49,184 nt of DNA from assembly GCA_964530945.1 (NCBI GenBank), contig CAZHCJ010000004.1, forward strand, positions 1-49,184. Direction: 5' to 3'. A program made the translations under genes and the position numbers. The notes beneath the pieces were generated by a model. It worked only from the letters and a program-made list of their open reading frames with translations, was not told where the DNA came from and ran no database searches. Shown here piece after piece: positions 34,313 through 44,344 of this stretch. Every line of letters begins with the position of its first letter. The stretch's first letter is position 1. Source of the DNA: Candidatus Woesearchaeota archaeon. GTDB lineage: Archaea > Nanobdellota > Nanobdellia > Pacearchaeales > GW2011-AR1.

Positions 34313-35419
34313 ATGAAAAAGCTATTTGTTTTTATGACAATGGCTCTTCTTATGTTTGCTGTAGCTCCAATGGTGCTAGCTGACGGAGACGAAGTCGACG
34401 GAGGTATCACCATAAACGTGGGTGCAAACAATCCACCAGTTATCTGTACTGACAGTACTGAGAGGTCCTGGTATCCAAATGACCAAACCTACTACACTGC
34501 TGAAGAATACGGAACTGACGATGATAACGAATACGGAGATATTTTCTACGAAGTTGATGCTCGTGGAGACTACGTTTTCTCAGGAGAAACTCTTTCTTAT
34601 TATGTTGTTGTAGCCGATGAAGAAGGTGAAGACAACATCGATGAAGTTACTCTTTTAAGAAACAACGTAGGCGTGGGATCTTGTGCAGCTATCGATGATA
34701 GCTATACGGACTCTAATTTCGTATGTACAGACCCTAGTGGTGAGCACAGAGACCTTGAAGATTTTGATGGAAGCGAGGAACAGTTGTACCGATGTACACT
34801 TATTGCTGACTCTTTTTCAGGAAATGCCCGAATCAATGTTATGGCTACAGATGAAGATGGCAACTCTGCTAAAACTAGCTGGACAGATAAGTTAATGTTT
34901 AATCCCGAACTGAGTGTTACTCTTTCAGGAACAATTAACTTCGGATCTGTTGAGCCAGGTGAAAAAGTAACCTCTAATACCGTTTTCCTTAACAATGTTG
35001 GGAGTAATGGTGTTGTAATGGATATGTACATTGCATCTGATGACTATTTCACAGACCCTAATGGTGTCAGTGATGATGGTGATGCTGCTATCTGCGGAGA
35101 CGGCAACGGAATTAAGTATGACCAATTTGCATACTATGCAACCAAAGGTTCTCTAGATTCTGGAGATAATGATAATGATGAACCAGGATTAGGAGAAACA
35201 ACAGGGACTCTTTGTGAAGCAAACGATGATGAATATACCTCTCTAACAAGCCACAGCGGGCACATAGAGGACATGTGTAGAGTCATCAACCACAGAGATG
35301 AAGGTTCATTCTTGGTACAAGGACAATCTATGTCTTTGACATTCCAATTAGATGTTCCAACGCCTTGTGAAGGTGAATTCACAGACGGGAAGTTCCACTT
35401 TGTAGGAAGAGTTGTTTAA
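34313..35419 (+). CDS. Secreted acidic Cys-containing protein (possible major surface protein)
   Basis: Signal peptide, GGAGGT RBS, long leader, T-rich terminator. Confidence 0.75.
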   Translation: MKKLFVFMTMALLMFAVAPMVLADGDEVDGGITINVGANNPPVICTDSTERSWYPNDQTYYTAEEYGTDDDNEYGDIFYEVDARGDYVFSGETLSYYVVVADEEGEDNIDEVTLLRNNVGVGSCAAIDDSYTDSNFVCTDPSGEHRDLEDFDGSEEQLYRCTLIADSFSGNARINVMATDEDGNSAKTSWTDKLMFNPELSVTLSGTINFGSVEPGEKVTSNTVFLNNVGSNGVVMDMYIASDDYFTDPNGVSDDGDAAICGDGNGIKYDQFAYYATKGSLDSGDNDNDEPGLGETTGTLCEANDDEYTSLTSHSGHIEDMCRVINHRDEGSFLVQGQSMSLTFQLDVPTPCEGEFTDGKFHFVGRVV

Positions 35420-35523
35420 ACCAACTTAATTTTATTTTTTGTTTTTTATTTTTGGGCCTTAACCGGCCAATTTTTATTTTTTATCACAATAATAAATATA
35501 AACACAACCAGAAAAGATAGGTT

Positions 35524-36027
35524 ATGGGAAAGAAAAAACACGTAAATAAAAGTATATTTTTATTGATTATTCTTAGTATTTTATCATTAGGATTGATTGC
35601 ATCTGCAAGCTACGATGTTGGCGGAGGTTTTGGAATAAACATCAAAGTCGTAGATAATTCAAATTCAAGCCAAGAAAATTCTAACACTGACAATTCAACA
35701 TCTTCAACAAACGATGCAGACACAATTAATGATGATGAAGATGATGGAAATGAGGAAGATGTTTTGGAAGACTCTGAAGAAAGCAATGAATATAGAACGA
35801 CAAGGTACGATTTAGTTTATGAGGAAGATACCGAAAGCTCTAAAGAAGTAGCTCCAATAATACTTAAAGCAAAACATCAAGAAAGTAAGCAAAGCAACTT
35901 CGTTGTTGCTTTTCTTGTAGTGATGACTGTTTTATTGTTCATATCTGGCTGTTTACTCTTTTACTTCAGCGAATGGAAAAAGAAGAGCTTACTTTTAAAT
36001 GGAAATTCTTTCATCAAAAAAAAGTAA
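35524..36027 (+). CDS. Membrane-anchored low-complexity surface protein
   Basis: Signal peptide, S/N/D/E-rich middle, C-terminal TM. Confidence 0.7.
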   Translation: MGKKKHVNKSIFLLIILSILSLGLIASASYDVGGGFGINIKVVDNSNSSQENSNTDNSTSSTNDADTINDDEDDGNEEDVLEDSEESNEYRTTRYDLVYEEDTESSKEVAPIILKAKHQESKQSNFVVAFLVVMTVLLFISGCLLFYFSEWKKKSLLLNGNSFIKKK

Positions 36028-36058
36028 TGACAAAAACTATTATCTCGACGACAATAAT
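36017..36058 (+). repeat. 42-bp direct repeat, copy 2
   Basis: Identical to 34120-34161; followed by TTTAAATA. Confidence 0.93.
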
Positions 36059-36110
36059 GTTTAAATACTTTCATTTCAAAATTTAAATACACTACTTAAA
36101 AATTAATAAA

Positions 36111-36674
36111 ATGGTTGGAAAAAAGATTGTTTTTGCTCTCGCACTTTTGCTAATTGTGTTGCCTTTAATCTCAAGTTTAACAGCGACTATTGGCAATCCA
36201 AGAATGGTCCTTTATGAGAATATTACTGATGGAGAGACACTGGACATCGAGAACAATGTAAAGATAATTAATAATAATGATTTTGATATCCGCATAGAAT
36301 TAAACGCGACAGGAGATTGGGAAAACAGAGTAATCTTTGAAAAATCTAACTTTACCATTATTGCCGGAGAAACGAAAATAGCAAATTACACTTTAGGTAT
36401 TGAAGAAGCCGGAAGGTACCATGGAGATATCATGGTTATATTTAACGACCCAAATTCTAATAATGATTTAGCCTTAGCTCAAGAGGTTGTGCTCTTTGCG
36501 ATAGATGAAGAGACAGGAATTGTCCCTGAAAGAGACATTACTGGAAACGCTGTAACAGATTCTGGAAATGGCTCTTTAATTGTTGGAGTTGTGGTTCTTA
36601 TTTTGTTGCTTGCAATACTCATTTCAGTTTTAAATTATAAAAAATCAGGGAAAAAGAGGAACATGAGAAAATGA
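36111..36674 (+). CDS. Ig-like membrane-anchored surface protein
   Basis: Signal peptide, ITGNAV before a C-terminal TM, basic tail. Confidence 0.75.
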   Translation: MVGKKIVFALALLLIVLPLISSLTATIGNPRMVLYENITDGETLDIENNVKIINNNDFDIRIELNATGDWENRVIFEKSNFTIIAGETKIANYTLGIEEAGRYHGDIMVIFNDPNSNNDLALAQEVVLFAIDEETGIVPERDITGNAVTDSGNGSLIVGVVVLILLLAILISVLNYKKSGKKRNMRK

Positions 36675-37834
36675 GAAAATTAATGTTAACTTTGATTATA
36701 GGGGTTTTTTTAATTGGCACCGTAGCGGCAGTCTCTGATGTCGCTTATGTCGTTGCTTCTGATGCAACGATAAAGTCTGAATTCTTAGATGCCTTGGATA
36801 GGGTTGGGTTGAGTCATGATATAATTTATTCAAATCAAATCCAAGAAAACACCTTTTTGGGATATAGAATGCTTTTGATGAACGATGAACACTTCAATAA
36901 CTGGCAAGATATTCCTGTAAACGAAATGCCTGCAATGATTGTAAATGGAAGAAATATTGTTGACTGGGGTTGGACAGAAATCATAACTGCTTCATCTACA
37001 GCTACGAAAATGAAGGCTCACTTAAATACCACGCATGAAATAAAAGGGAACTTACCTTTTGAAATCACATTATATGAAATTTCCAAAAAAGATGTATATT
37101 ATCTTGCAGAAGATGACCAATACGATGGATTAGAGATAGTTTTGGGAGATACTTTTAACAATAAAAATGCTATTGTGGCGGTAGCACATGAAGGAACTAC
37201 CCTTACTCGTGGAGCCCAATCCACTGAAATAAATGCCAATGGAGTTTTCTTTGGAATTTATAATACTGCATTTTGGACGGACCAAACACGACAGTTGTTT
37301 GATAATGCTTTGCTTTGGCTCGCTGGAGAGGAAACTCCTCAGCCAGAATCTTTCACATTTGGCATGAGTGTTGGAGAAAATCTCATTTCATTCCCTCTGG
37401 CTCTAGACCCAAACGGTGCCGACTCTGTTTTGAACGGTTCAAGTGTGGAAACTGCCTTGAAATATAACTCCCTAACAGAAAACTTCTCAAACGCAACAAC
37501 ATTTGAAAACAATGAAGGCTACTTCTTGTTCTCTGACAACGCGGAAAGTTTTACAATCAATGGTTTAACAATCACTGAAGAACAGAATGTTGATTTAAGA
37601 GAAGGGATAAACCTTGTGGGAATTGTGGGTCTTGAAAGTATGTCTTTAGACAATTTGCCCAGTGAAGTGATTGAAGTTTCCAAAAGAAACTCAGATGGAA
37701 GTTACACTGTTGCAACGCGTTATCCCGTAATTGGATGGTACAATGACATTTTTGAATTAGAACCAGGGATTGGTTATTGGTTTAAATTAAACTCGGACAC
37801 AACGTGGACTTACACTCCGACAGGAACACAATGA
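36671..37834 (+). CDS. Secreted protein
   Basis: Signal peptide; C-terminal G.NLISFP...GY / G.NLVG...PG.GYW repeats. Confidence 0.75.
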   Translation: MRKLMLTLIIGVFLIGTVAAVSDVAYVVASDATIKSEFLDALDRVGLSHDIIYSNQIQENTFLGYRMLLMNDEHFNNWQDIPVNEMPAMIVNGRNIVDWGWTEIITASSTATKMKAHLNTTHEIKGNLPFEITLYEISKKDVYYLAEDDQYDGLEIVLGDTFNNKNAIVAVAHEGTTLTRGAQSTEINANGVFFGIYNTAFWTDQTRQLFDNALLWLAGEETPQPESFTFGMSVGENLISFPLALDPNGADSVLNGSSVETALKYNSLTENFSNATTFENNEGYFLFSDNAESFTINGLTITEEQNVDLREGINLVGIVGLESMSLDNLPSEVIEVSKRNSDGSYTVATRYPVIGWYNDIFELEPGIGYWFKLNSDTTWTYTPTGTQ

Positions 37835-38568
37835 AAATGATAACAATAGCTCTAATAATGACTTTGGCTTTGACGCCTTTCGTACTTGCGCAAACGCAAA
37901 CAATTAGAATCTATCCTAGTGATGATGCTTTTGTAAATGATAGAAACAGGAACACTAATTATGGAAGCGAAGCAAATCTAAGAATTGGTTTTGAAGCAAG
38001 CAAAGGGACAGATAGGAGCTTTCTGATTTTTGACCTTTCTTCGATAAACAAAGAGATAAATTCTGCGACGCTTTCGTTGGACCATTTAGGAAGTCATGAT
38101 AATCCTACTGTAAGCCTGTTTATCGTGGGTAGCACAGGTTGGAGTGAAAATTCAATAACATGGAATAACCAACCCGGAACAGGCACACAAATTGATTCTT
38201 TGCATGTGACAAACCAAAACCGTTTAACATTTGATGTGACTGAAGAAGTTTCAAATTCGGATAAAGTGTCTTTTGCATTAATTGAGCAAGGAGAAAATGG
38301 TTTTGCAAACAGTTTCTCAAAAGAGTTGAATACAGGCGTTGAAGGAGATGAATTGAATTGGCCATATCTGGAAATAATTTTTGAGGGTGAAGGAACTGGA
38401 AATGAAACAACTTGCAATACTTTGGCTGACGTAAATTGTGATGGTTGTGTGAGCTTGAATGAAATTGTTTCAACAGTTGTGGATTACAAAAAAGGTCAAT
38501 CAGATTTAAATTTGCAAGAAATTGTTGAACTCGTTGTTAAATATAAAAACGGAGAAATATCATGTTAA
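37831..38568 (+). CDS. Secreted DNRLRE/CBM96-like domain protein with dockerin-like C-terminus
   Basis: DDAFV...NYGS...RSFLIFDLS...WSENSITWNNQP; ADVNCDGCVSLNE. Confidence 0.7.
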   Translation: MKMITIALIMTLALTPFVLAQTQTIRIYPSDDAFVNDRNRNTNYGSEANLRIGFEASKGTDRSFLIFDLSSINKEINSATLSLDHLGSHDNPTVSLFIVGSTGWSENSITWNNQPGTGTQIDSLHVTNQNRLTFDVTEEVSNSDKVSFALIEQGENGFANSFSKELNTGVEGDELNWPYLEIIFEGEGTGNETTCNTLADVNCDGCVSLNEIVSTVVDYKKGQSDLNLQEIVELVVKYKNGEISC

Positions 38569-41500
38569 AGAAATTATTGGTTTTGATGTTCGCACTTGTG
38601 TTGGTTGCAGGAATGATTTCTGCTTTCTCTGCAGAAAGAAGTTTCTCTGATGATGACATCTTAACAGGAGAATCAATCAGTGTTTCAATAGATGTTGATG
38701 GAACTGGAACAGTGGCTTACGGGGTTGATGAATTCGTGCCAAGTGGTTGGACAGTATCAGGAATAAATGAGGGAGGTTCTTTCGATGGAACTAAGGTGAG
38801 TTGGGTCACTTTTGACAACAACAACCGTGTTTTAAGTTACACTGCAACAGCACCATTAACCTCGGGCGTTTATACTTTTAAAGGAAATTATTCTGATGGT
38901 TCAGATACATTTACAACAAGTGGACAAACACAAGTAACTGTAGAAAGTAACGGGAGCCAAGGAGAAAACGGAAGCGCTATTGGAGATGATTTAATGGTGA
39001 ATTATGTTCGTGGAAAAATTACTTTTGATGGAAATCCGGTAACGAATGGAAATTACAAGCTTGAAGTTCTCGATGGGGAAAATGCAGGTTTTATTTTGCA
39101 AGGTAGTGTAGACCAAGATGTGCCAAGCCAGTATCAAAACCAAGGATTTTTTGACACTCTGGACAATGTGATGTTTAACACTGGCGACTCATTCAGAGTT
39201 ACTTCCCTTGACCACGAAAGCTGTTCTACACAGGGAACCTTTGAAAACGGGGGACAAGGAGATTTTGAAACAGAATTAGGACTTATTTTGTTGAATTGTG
39301 AATCTGCAAACCAAGCTCCGGAACTCGACCCTATCTCTAATGTTGAAGTTAACGAAGGAGGAAGTGTAAGCATAGATGCTGATGCCACAGACCCTGAAGG
39401 TCAAACGATTACATATTCATTGCAAACCGCGCCAGGATGGCTAAGCATAAATTCAAATAATGGATTCATCTCTGGAACCGCGCCAAACGTTGCAAGCAAC
39501 ACAGACTTTAGCGTTACAGTAAAAGCTGAAGACATACATGGAGCTTCAGACACTGAAAGTTTTACAATCAGGGTAAATAATGTAAATGAGGCACCCAAAG
39601 CAGGGTTCCCTTTCATTAAAGGTTTACCTAATAACACTGTATTCGTTTTAGAAGATTCTGGATTTAATGAAATAGGAATGTTGAATGCTACAGACTCTGA
39701 CGGAATTATAGATAGATTTGAAGTTGTTGATGAGGCTCTTGACAAAGTAAATTGTCAGATAACAGATAGTTTGTTTGGAGTTACTCCGGCTGAAAATTTT
39801 GCAGGAACTTCAACATGCGATATAAAAGTATATGATGATTCAAACGCATTTGATGAAGTTACAATAACAATTCACGTAAAGAATGTTAATGATGCTCCAG
39901 AAATTATAGATAAAAATCCCTCAACCAGTTTTATAGCAATAATACCTGAAGATGGGATTTATAATTATTTTATAGAATGGAAAGATGTAGACAATACTCT
40001 CGCTGAAGTGATAGTTAAATGGTTTACAAATGGGGGAAGTGGAGAAATTGGAGATGACAGCGGTTACACTAGCGAGTTCACATTTACAGGAAACAGCTCA
40101 TGGGGAACTTTCAACAACGAATTAGAAGTTAAAGTGAAAGATTTAGATAATAAAACCGATACCAAAAACTGGAATATAATCACAAGCAGTGTTCCTCTTG
40201 TAGATAAATTCAACGGAAGCGACACTTCAAACTTTTCAAACATAACAAATGATTCTCAGCTAGAAGCATACTTCCCACTAATACTTCACAATCAATGGGG
40301 AAAGATAGAATTCCTTGAGCCAATAGATCTAAGGAATGTAGTGGATTTGAATAATTATGCAGCAATACTTAAGAGTGTTGCGGGAGTCGATTCAAAATTC
40401 TATCCTCAATTCAAAGGAAAGAGTGCAATGATAACTCTTTACACCCCAAGCGTGCAAGGTCCTAACCCTACAATATATTACACTGACGATTTCACAAAAA
40501 CAGATATTGGAAACATAGATAACATTTGTACAGAAAGCATTTGCACCGACAAAAGCTTCAACGACCCAGAATTGAATTGGAAGGTTGAAGAATTCAATAC
40601 CTTCAAGGCAGGCAGTACTCTAAGCTGTTCCGAACTTGGAGGAAATATTTGTTCAACAGGATATGTTTGCCCAGGACTTTCAACCGAGGCAACAGATACA
40701 AACACGTGTTGTTTGACGACTTGCCAAAAGATACCTCCCGAATTTAACGATATAGATCAATGTTCAGTAAAGAACCCCGAATTGAAGGTAAATATAAAAG
40801 AACCTGATGACGGAGATAGTTTTGATGTCGGAGAAGAAATACTTGTTGAAGTTGAAATAGAAAACGACCACTCGGAAGATTTGGATGTTGAACTAACCGT
40901 ATATTTGTATGACTTAGAAGAAGATGAAGTCATAGAAGAAATTGATGATGATGTTGATGTGGATGAAGGAGACAGTGAAAAGCTTGAATTTAAATTCACT
41001 TACAAAGATTACAAAAATGTTGAAAGCGAAAACCTTGCCGTATTTGTAAAAGCCGAGGGGAAAAACGGCGTTGATTTGTGCAACCAAAACTTTGTTGAAA
41101 TTAGTCTAGAAAGAGAAAAACATGATTTACGTATATTAGATGTGAATGCAATACCCGAAGAAGTCTCTCCGGGGAAGGGAGTGGAGATAATTGTAGAGGT
41201 GGAAAATTTTGGAACAAAAGAACAAGAAGATGCATATGTCATTATAGGGAACTCAGAACTGGGAATATCTGAACAGAGTGAGTTTTTTGATATAGAAGAA
41301 TTTGATAAACATAACAAGGAAGATGTCAGCATTTTCTTAAAGATACCTGAAAATGCCGAAGAGAAAGAATATCTTTTCACTGCAACTGTTGTTTATGATG
41401 ATGAAGATGAGGAAACCTCTGAGAACTTTATCTTAAATGTTGGAAAAGCTAAACCGACAGGTACAGGAACCGGGCCTAATATAATTACATATCCTTTGAT

Positions 41501-41804
41501 AACTGCAGAACAAGAATCCAAAACTGTTACTGGAGGAGGAGATACTACGGTAGTAAACAAACAGACAATAAACATACAAGGAACTCCTACAACTTATTTC
41601 CCTCAAGAAACGGTTTATCTCGTTAACGATGGGTATGAACCAGTTTATACTAACCAAGTTTATGCTTATCCTCAAACGCCCCGCAAAAACCTATCTTATT
41701 GGATAGACAAATGTGGCACAGAGATAATGATTGTCATCATCTTGCTAATCGCAATAATTATTGAGTTAATTCTGATTGCTGCTTTCGGCAGGCGTAGAAG
41801 ATAG
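38562..41804 (+). CDS. Large multi-Ig-domain cell-surface protein
   Basis: Signal peptide, cadherin-like repeats (N.AP, PGWLSI), Cys-rich module, CARDB-like domains, C-terminal TM + RRRR. Confidence 0.85.
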   Translation: MLKKLLVLMFALVLVAGMISAFSAERSFSDDDILTGESISVSIDVDGTGTVAYGVDEFVPSGWTVSGINEGGSFDGTKVSWVTFDNNNRVLSYTATAPLTSGVYTFKGNYSDGSDTFTTSGQTQVTVESNGSQGENGSAIGDDLMVNYVRGKITFDGNPVTNGNYKLEVLDGENAGFILQGSVDQDVPSQYQNQGFFDTLDNVMFNTGDSFRVTSLDHESCSTQGTFENGGQGDFETELGLILLNCESANQAPELDPISNVEVNEGGSVSIDADATDPEGQTITYSLQTAPGWLSINSNNGFISGTAPNVASNTDFSVTVKAEDIHGASDTESFTIRVNNVNEAPKAGFPFIKGLPNNTVFVLEDSGFNEIGMLNATDSDGIIDRFEVVDEALDKVNCQITDSLFGVTPAENFAGTSTCDIKVYDDSNAFDEVTITIHVKNVNDAPEIIDKNPSTSFIAIIPEDGIYNYFIEWKDVDNTLAEVIVKWFTNGGSGEIGDDSGYTSEFTFTGNSSWGTFNNELEVKVKDLDNKTDTKNWNIITSSVPLVDKFNGSDTSNFSNITNDSQLEAYFPLILHNQWGKIEFLEPIDLRNVVDLNNYAAILKSVAGVDSKFYPQFKGKSAMITLYTPSVQGPNPTIYYTDDFTKTDIGNIDNICTESICTDKSFNDPELNWKVEEFNTFKAGSTLSCSELGGNICSTGYVCPGLSTEATDTNTCCLTTCQKIPPEFNDIDQCSVKNPELKVNIKEPDDGDSFDVGEEILVEVEIENDHSEDLDVELTVYLYDLEEDEVIEEIDDDVDVDEGDSEKLEFKFTYKDYKNVESENLAVFVKAEGKNGVDLCNQNFVEISLEREKHDLRILDVNAIPEEVSPGKGVEIIVEVENFGTKEQEDAYVIIGNSELGISEQSEFFDIEEFDKHNKEDVSIFLKIPENAEEKEYLFTATVVYDDEDEETSENFILNVGKAKPTGTGTGPNIITYPLITAEQESKTVTGGGDTTVVNKQTINIQGTPTTYFPQETVYLVNDGYEPVYTNQVYAYPQTPRKNLSYWIDKCGTEIMIVIILLIAIIIELILIAAFGRRRR

Positions 41805-41856
41805 ATTTCTTTATCCGGCCCCGTGCGGCCGCTTCTGAAAAGGTTTAAAAAATCCA

Positions 41857-42070
41857 TCAGAGAGTATCTAAAAAATCTTTTGAGGCGAGAGTATTTATTT
41901 TTCCAAACTCTTCTAGTTTTAATAAATAGTTGTTACTAGGCCAGATATTACTCACTTGCTTCTAAGCCTAAATTCCTCAATAAATTTCATCAAGTCTTTC
42001 TTTTCAAAACCAGATTCTTTTGCTGCTTTTTCAAAAGGTTTTGAAACTTCTTTCCAGGATTTTGTTTTTT
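41857..42070 (-). pseudogene. Degenerate remnant of an AbrB-PIN toxin-antitoxin pair
   Basis: KSWKEVSKPFEKA...GFEKKDLMK matches the C-terminus of 43670-43933; NIWPS-NNYLLKLEEFGK..KDFL matches both ends of PIN 43244-43666 with the middle deleted. Confidence 0.8.
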
Positions 42071-42182
42071 TAAAACATATTTCCATACAGAGATATAGGG
42101 GTTGTAAGTATCTAAATCTTTCTAGGAAAGATTTTCTTACTGTCCTCAAAAACCAAAAACCTTATATAGTGTTGGTTCATTA

Positions 42183-42746
42183 ATGGTACACATGGTTCAA
42201 AATGGAGACAATGTGGAATTGGATATTGTGAATCTTCTTTTGCATGGTGGAAGCCATGTTAGAGATATCTCTAGAAAATTAGGGCAATCTCATTCTACTG
42301 TTTCAAGAAAGTTAAACATTTTGAAAAAACAAAGCGTAGTTGATTCTAAAGAAGAGGGGAAAAACAAGATGTTTTTTCTTAGAAAAAATCTTATTGCTAG
42401 AAACTATATTTTTCAGTCCGAGATACACAAATTAACAAAACTGTTAAAAAAGCATCCTGAATTAGAAATAATCTTCGAAGAAATATTGAAAAAAACCAAT
42501 GAAAAATTAATATTGTTATTTGGGTCTTATGCTAAAGGGCTAGTCAAAAAAGATAGTGACATAGATATCTATATTGAAACTCAAAATAAAAAGACAAGAA
42601 AATTAATCGAAGAGATAAATTCTGAAATAAATGTAAAGATAGGAGCTTTTGACAAAGATTCTCCATTAATCCAAGAAATATTAAAAAATCATGTAATCAT
42701 TAGAGGTATAGAAAAATTTTATGAAAAAGAACAATTTTTTGAGTAA
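42183..42746 (+). CDS. wHTH + minimal nucleotidyltransferase (MNT) antitoxin-like protein
   Basis: ArsR-like HTH, then LFGSYAKG...DSDIDI. Confidence 0.88.
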   Translation: MVHMVQNGDNVELDIVNLLLHGGSHVRDISRKLGQSHSTVSRKLNILKKQSVVDSKEEGKNKMFFLRKNLIARNYIFQSEIHKLTKLLKKHPELEIIFEEILKKTNEKLILLFGSYAKGLVKKDSDIDIYIETQNKKTRKLIEEINSEINVKIGAFDKDSPLIQEILKNHVIIRGIEKFYEKEQFFE

Positions 42747-43215
42747 ACTTAGAAAAGAAGACAAACTCGAGCTTGTCGAGCCTTCTGAAAATGTGAAGGA
42801 TTCATATATGGGCAAATCTAGAGACTGCTTAAAATCCGCAAAGATTCTTTTTGGATAATCTCTTTACGAGAATTCTATCGGAATGTCTTATTATGCAATG
42901 TACAATATCCTCTTAGCATTACTCTTCAAAACAGGGATTAAATCTGAAAACCATAATGCTTCAATTATTTTGTTAAATTTATTGTTCGGAGAGAGGGACT
43001 TATACAACAAAATCTCTAATGCGAAAAAAGAAAGGATAGACAAACAGTATTACGTTTCAAGCGAAAAAGACAATATAACCCAAGAAATAGCAAAAGAGAT
43101 GCTAAGAGATGCGGAAGATTTTGTATTAAAAACAAGTGTATTAGTAAGAAAATTGAATCTTGACAAGACAAGGGAATTGAGAAATGAATTCAAACATCTG
43201 ATTGGTTTGGGTTAA
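42721..43215 (+). pseudogene. HEPN-domain gene with an in-frame stop
   Basis: Frame opens at ATG 42721, TAA at 42856-42858, same frame continues SYYAMY...SENH...KERIDKQY. Confidence 0.75.
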
Positions 43216-43243
43216 AAGTCAAGCGTTGAAAACCTTTAAAACT

Positions 43244-43666
43244 TTAAACAATTTCTAAAAAATCTTTAGGAGAGAGAATTTTTACTTTTCCAAACTCTTC
43301 AAGTTTGAGCAAATGGTTGTCGTATGTTAAAACGTAATCTGCTTTACCATCAAGAGCCGCCTCAAGAATCATGTTGTCTGAAGGATCTTCTTTTACGATT
43401 CTTAATTTAGTTTTTGTTGAAACCAACTCTGAAATGTGGAGAATTGTTCTAATTAAATCTTCAATATTTTCATCTTTTTCCTTAAGAAATCTTTGAAATT
43501 TTGCTTCTCTATTAAGAACATTTACTATTTCTTCCATTATTTCTTGACTTACAATAATTTTTACTTTTTTGTTCTCTGCTAGAAAAATTATCTTTCTAGC
43601 TTCACCATTCCAGAACAAAGCAGAAAGCCAGACATTAGTGTCTAAAACTACTTTTCTTAAACCCAT
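43244..43666 (-). CDS. PIN-domain toxin
   Basis: VVLDTNVWLSAL, DPSDNMILEAA, LTYDNHLL. Confidence 0.92.
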   Translation of the reverse strand: MGLRKVVLDTNVWLSALFWNGEARKIIFLAENKKVKIIVSQEIMEEIVNVLNREAKFQRFLKEKDENIEDLIRTILHISELVSTKTKLRIVKEDPSDNMILEAALDGKADYVLTYDNHLLKLEEFGKVKILSPKDFLEIV

Positions 43667-43669
43667 TTA

Positions 43670-43933
43670 TTATCTATTTCTTAGTCTGGATTCTTCAATA
43701 ATTTTCATTAAATCTTTCTTTTCAAAACCAGAACTTTTTACAGCTTTTTCAAAAGGTTTTGAAACTTCTTTCCAGGATTTAATTTCCGGGATTTCTATCT
43801 TCTTCAAAATCACAGAGTCTTCTTTTCCAATCACATAAACTGTTTCACCCTCGGTCAAACTAAGTTTCTCACGTATCTTTTTTGGGATTACAATCTGGCC
43901 TTTTGAGGAGACTTTTGTTATTTCTATTTCCAT
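43670..43933 (-). CDS. AbrB/MazE/SpoVT-family antitoxin
   Basis: TKVSSKGQIVIPKKIREKL. Confidence 0.92.
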   Translation of the reverse strand: MEIEITKVSSKGQIVIPKKIREKLSLTEGETVYVIGKEDSVILKKIEIPEIKSWKEVSKPFEKAVKSSGFEKKDLMKIIEESRLRNR

Positions 43934-43970
43934 GTAAGAAAGTAAGAATTAAATATATTTAAACCTTTCT

Positions 43971-43989
43971 ATGTAAGATTTTCTTACAT
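43971..43989. promoter_or_regulatory. Probable AbrB operator
   Basis: Inverted repeat ATGTAAGA-TTT-TCTTACAT; extra GTAAGAA half-sites at 43934-43948. Confidence 0.6.
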
Positions 43990-44034
43990 TATCAATCAAG
44001 AAAACCTTTAAAAACCCAACAACTCTAGAAATAT

Positions 44035-44293
44035 TGTAGACAGGTTAGCGGGTTAGCCCTCCGCCATTTGCAAACGGGGTTTATGGCAGACTGTAGGAGG
44101 GGCGTGATTGGTGCGTCAGAAAGTCTTTGTTCGGACGTTGACGCTTTGTCCGTTTTGATCCTGCAGATGCGAATCGGGTCAGGCCTTGATCGGAGCAGCC
44201 CTAAACATTTGTTCGGATGCTTAGCGGGTCGCAGAGCCGAGAAAGAATAAAGGTAGCTTTTTGATTATCCATAAGCAAACCTCTGTGTCTACA
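44035..44293 (+). ncRNA. ffs: Signal recognition particle (7S) RNA, atypical
   Basis: GC-richer island; terminal helix TGTAGACA/TGTCTACA; helix-8 motif TCAGGCC..GGAGCAGC; long helix 5; TATA box at ~44007-44014. Confidence 0.85.
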
Positions 44294-44344
44294 TATATTT
44301 TGTAAAACGACAATTATTATAAGACTTTCTTTTTTACATACTAT

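Noticed and set aside
41778-41804. Second DGR target (GCTTTCGG near the end of the 1080-aa gene)
   Set aside because: The match is 8 bp only, with no upstream similarity to TR and no GAA hairpin.
42856-42858. Stop-codon reassignment or an intron explaining the HEPN stop
   Set aside because: TAA ends many genes in this window and no extra sequence or BHB is evident; a nonsense mutation is simpler.
30861-44000. Provirus or integrative element at tRNA-Leu
   Set aside because: No integrase, capsid or replication genes and no duplicated tRNA 3' end were seen.
44068-44250. 60-aa ORF
   Set aside because: Lies within the SRP RNA.
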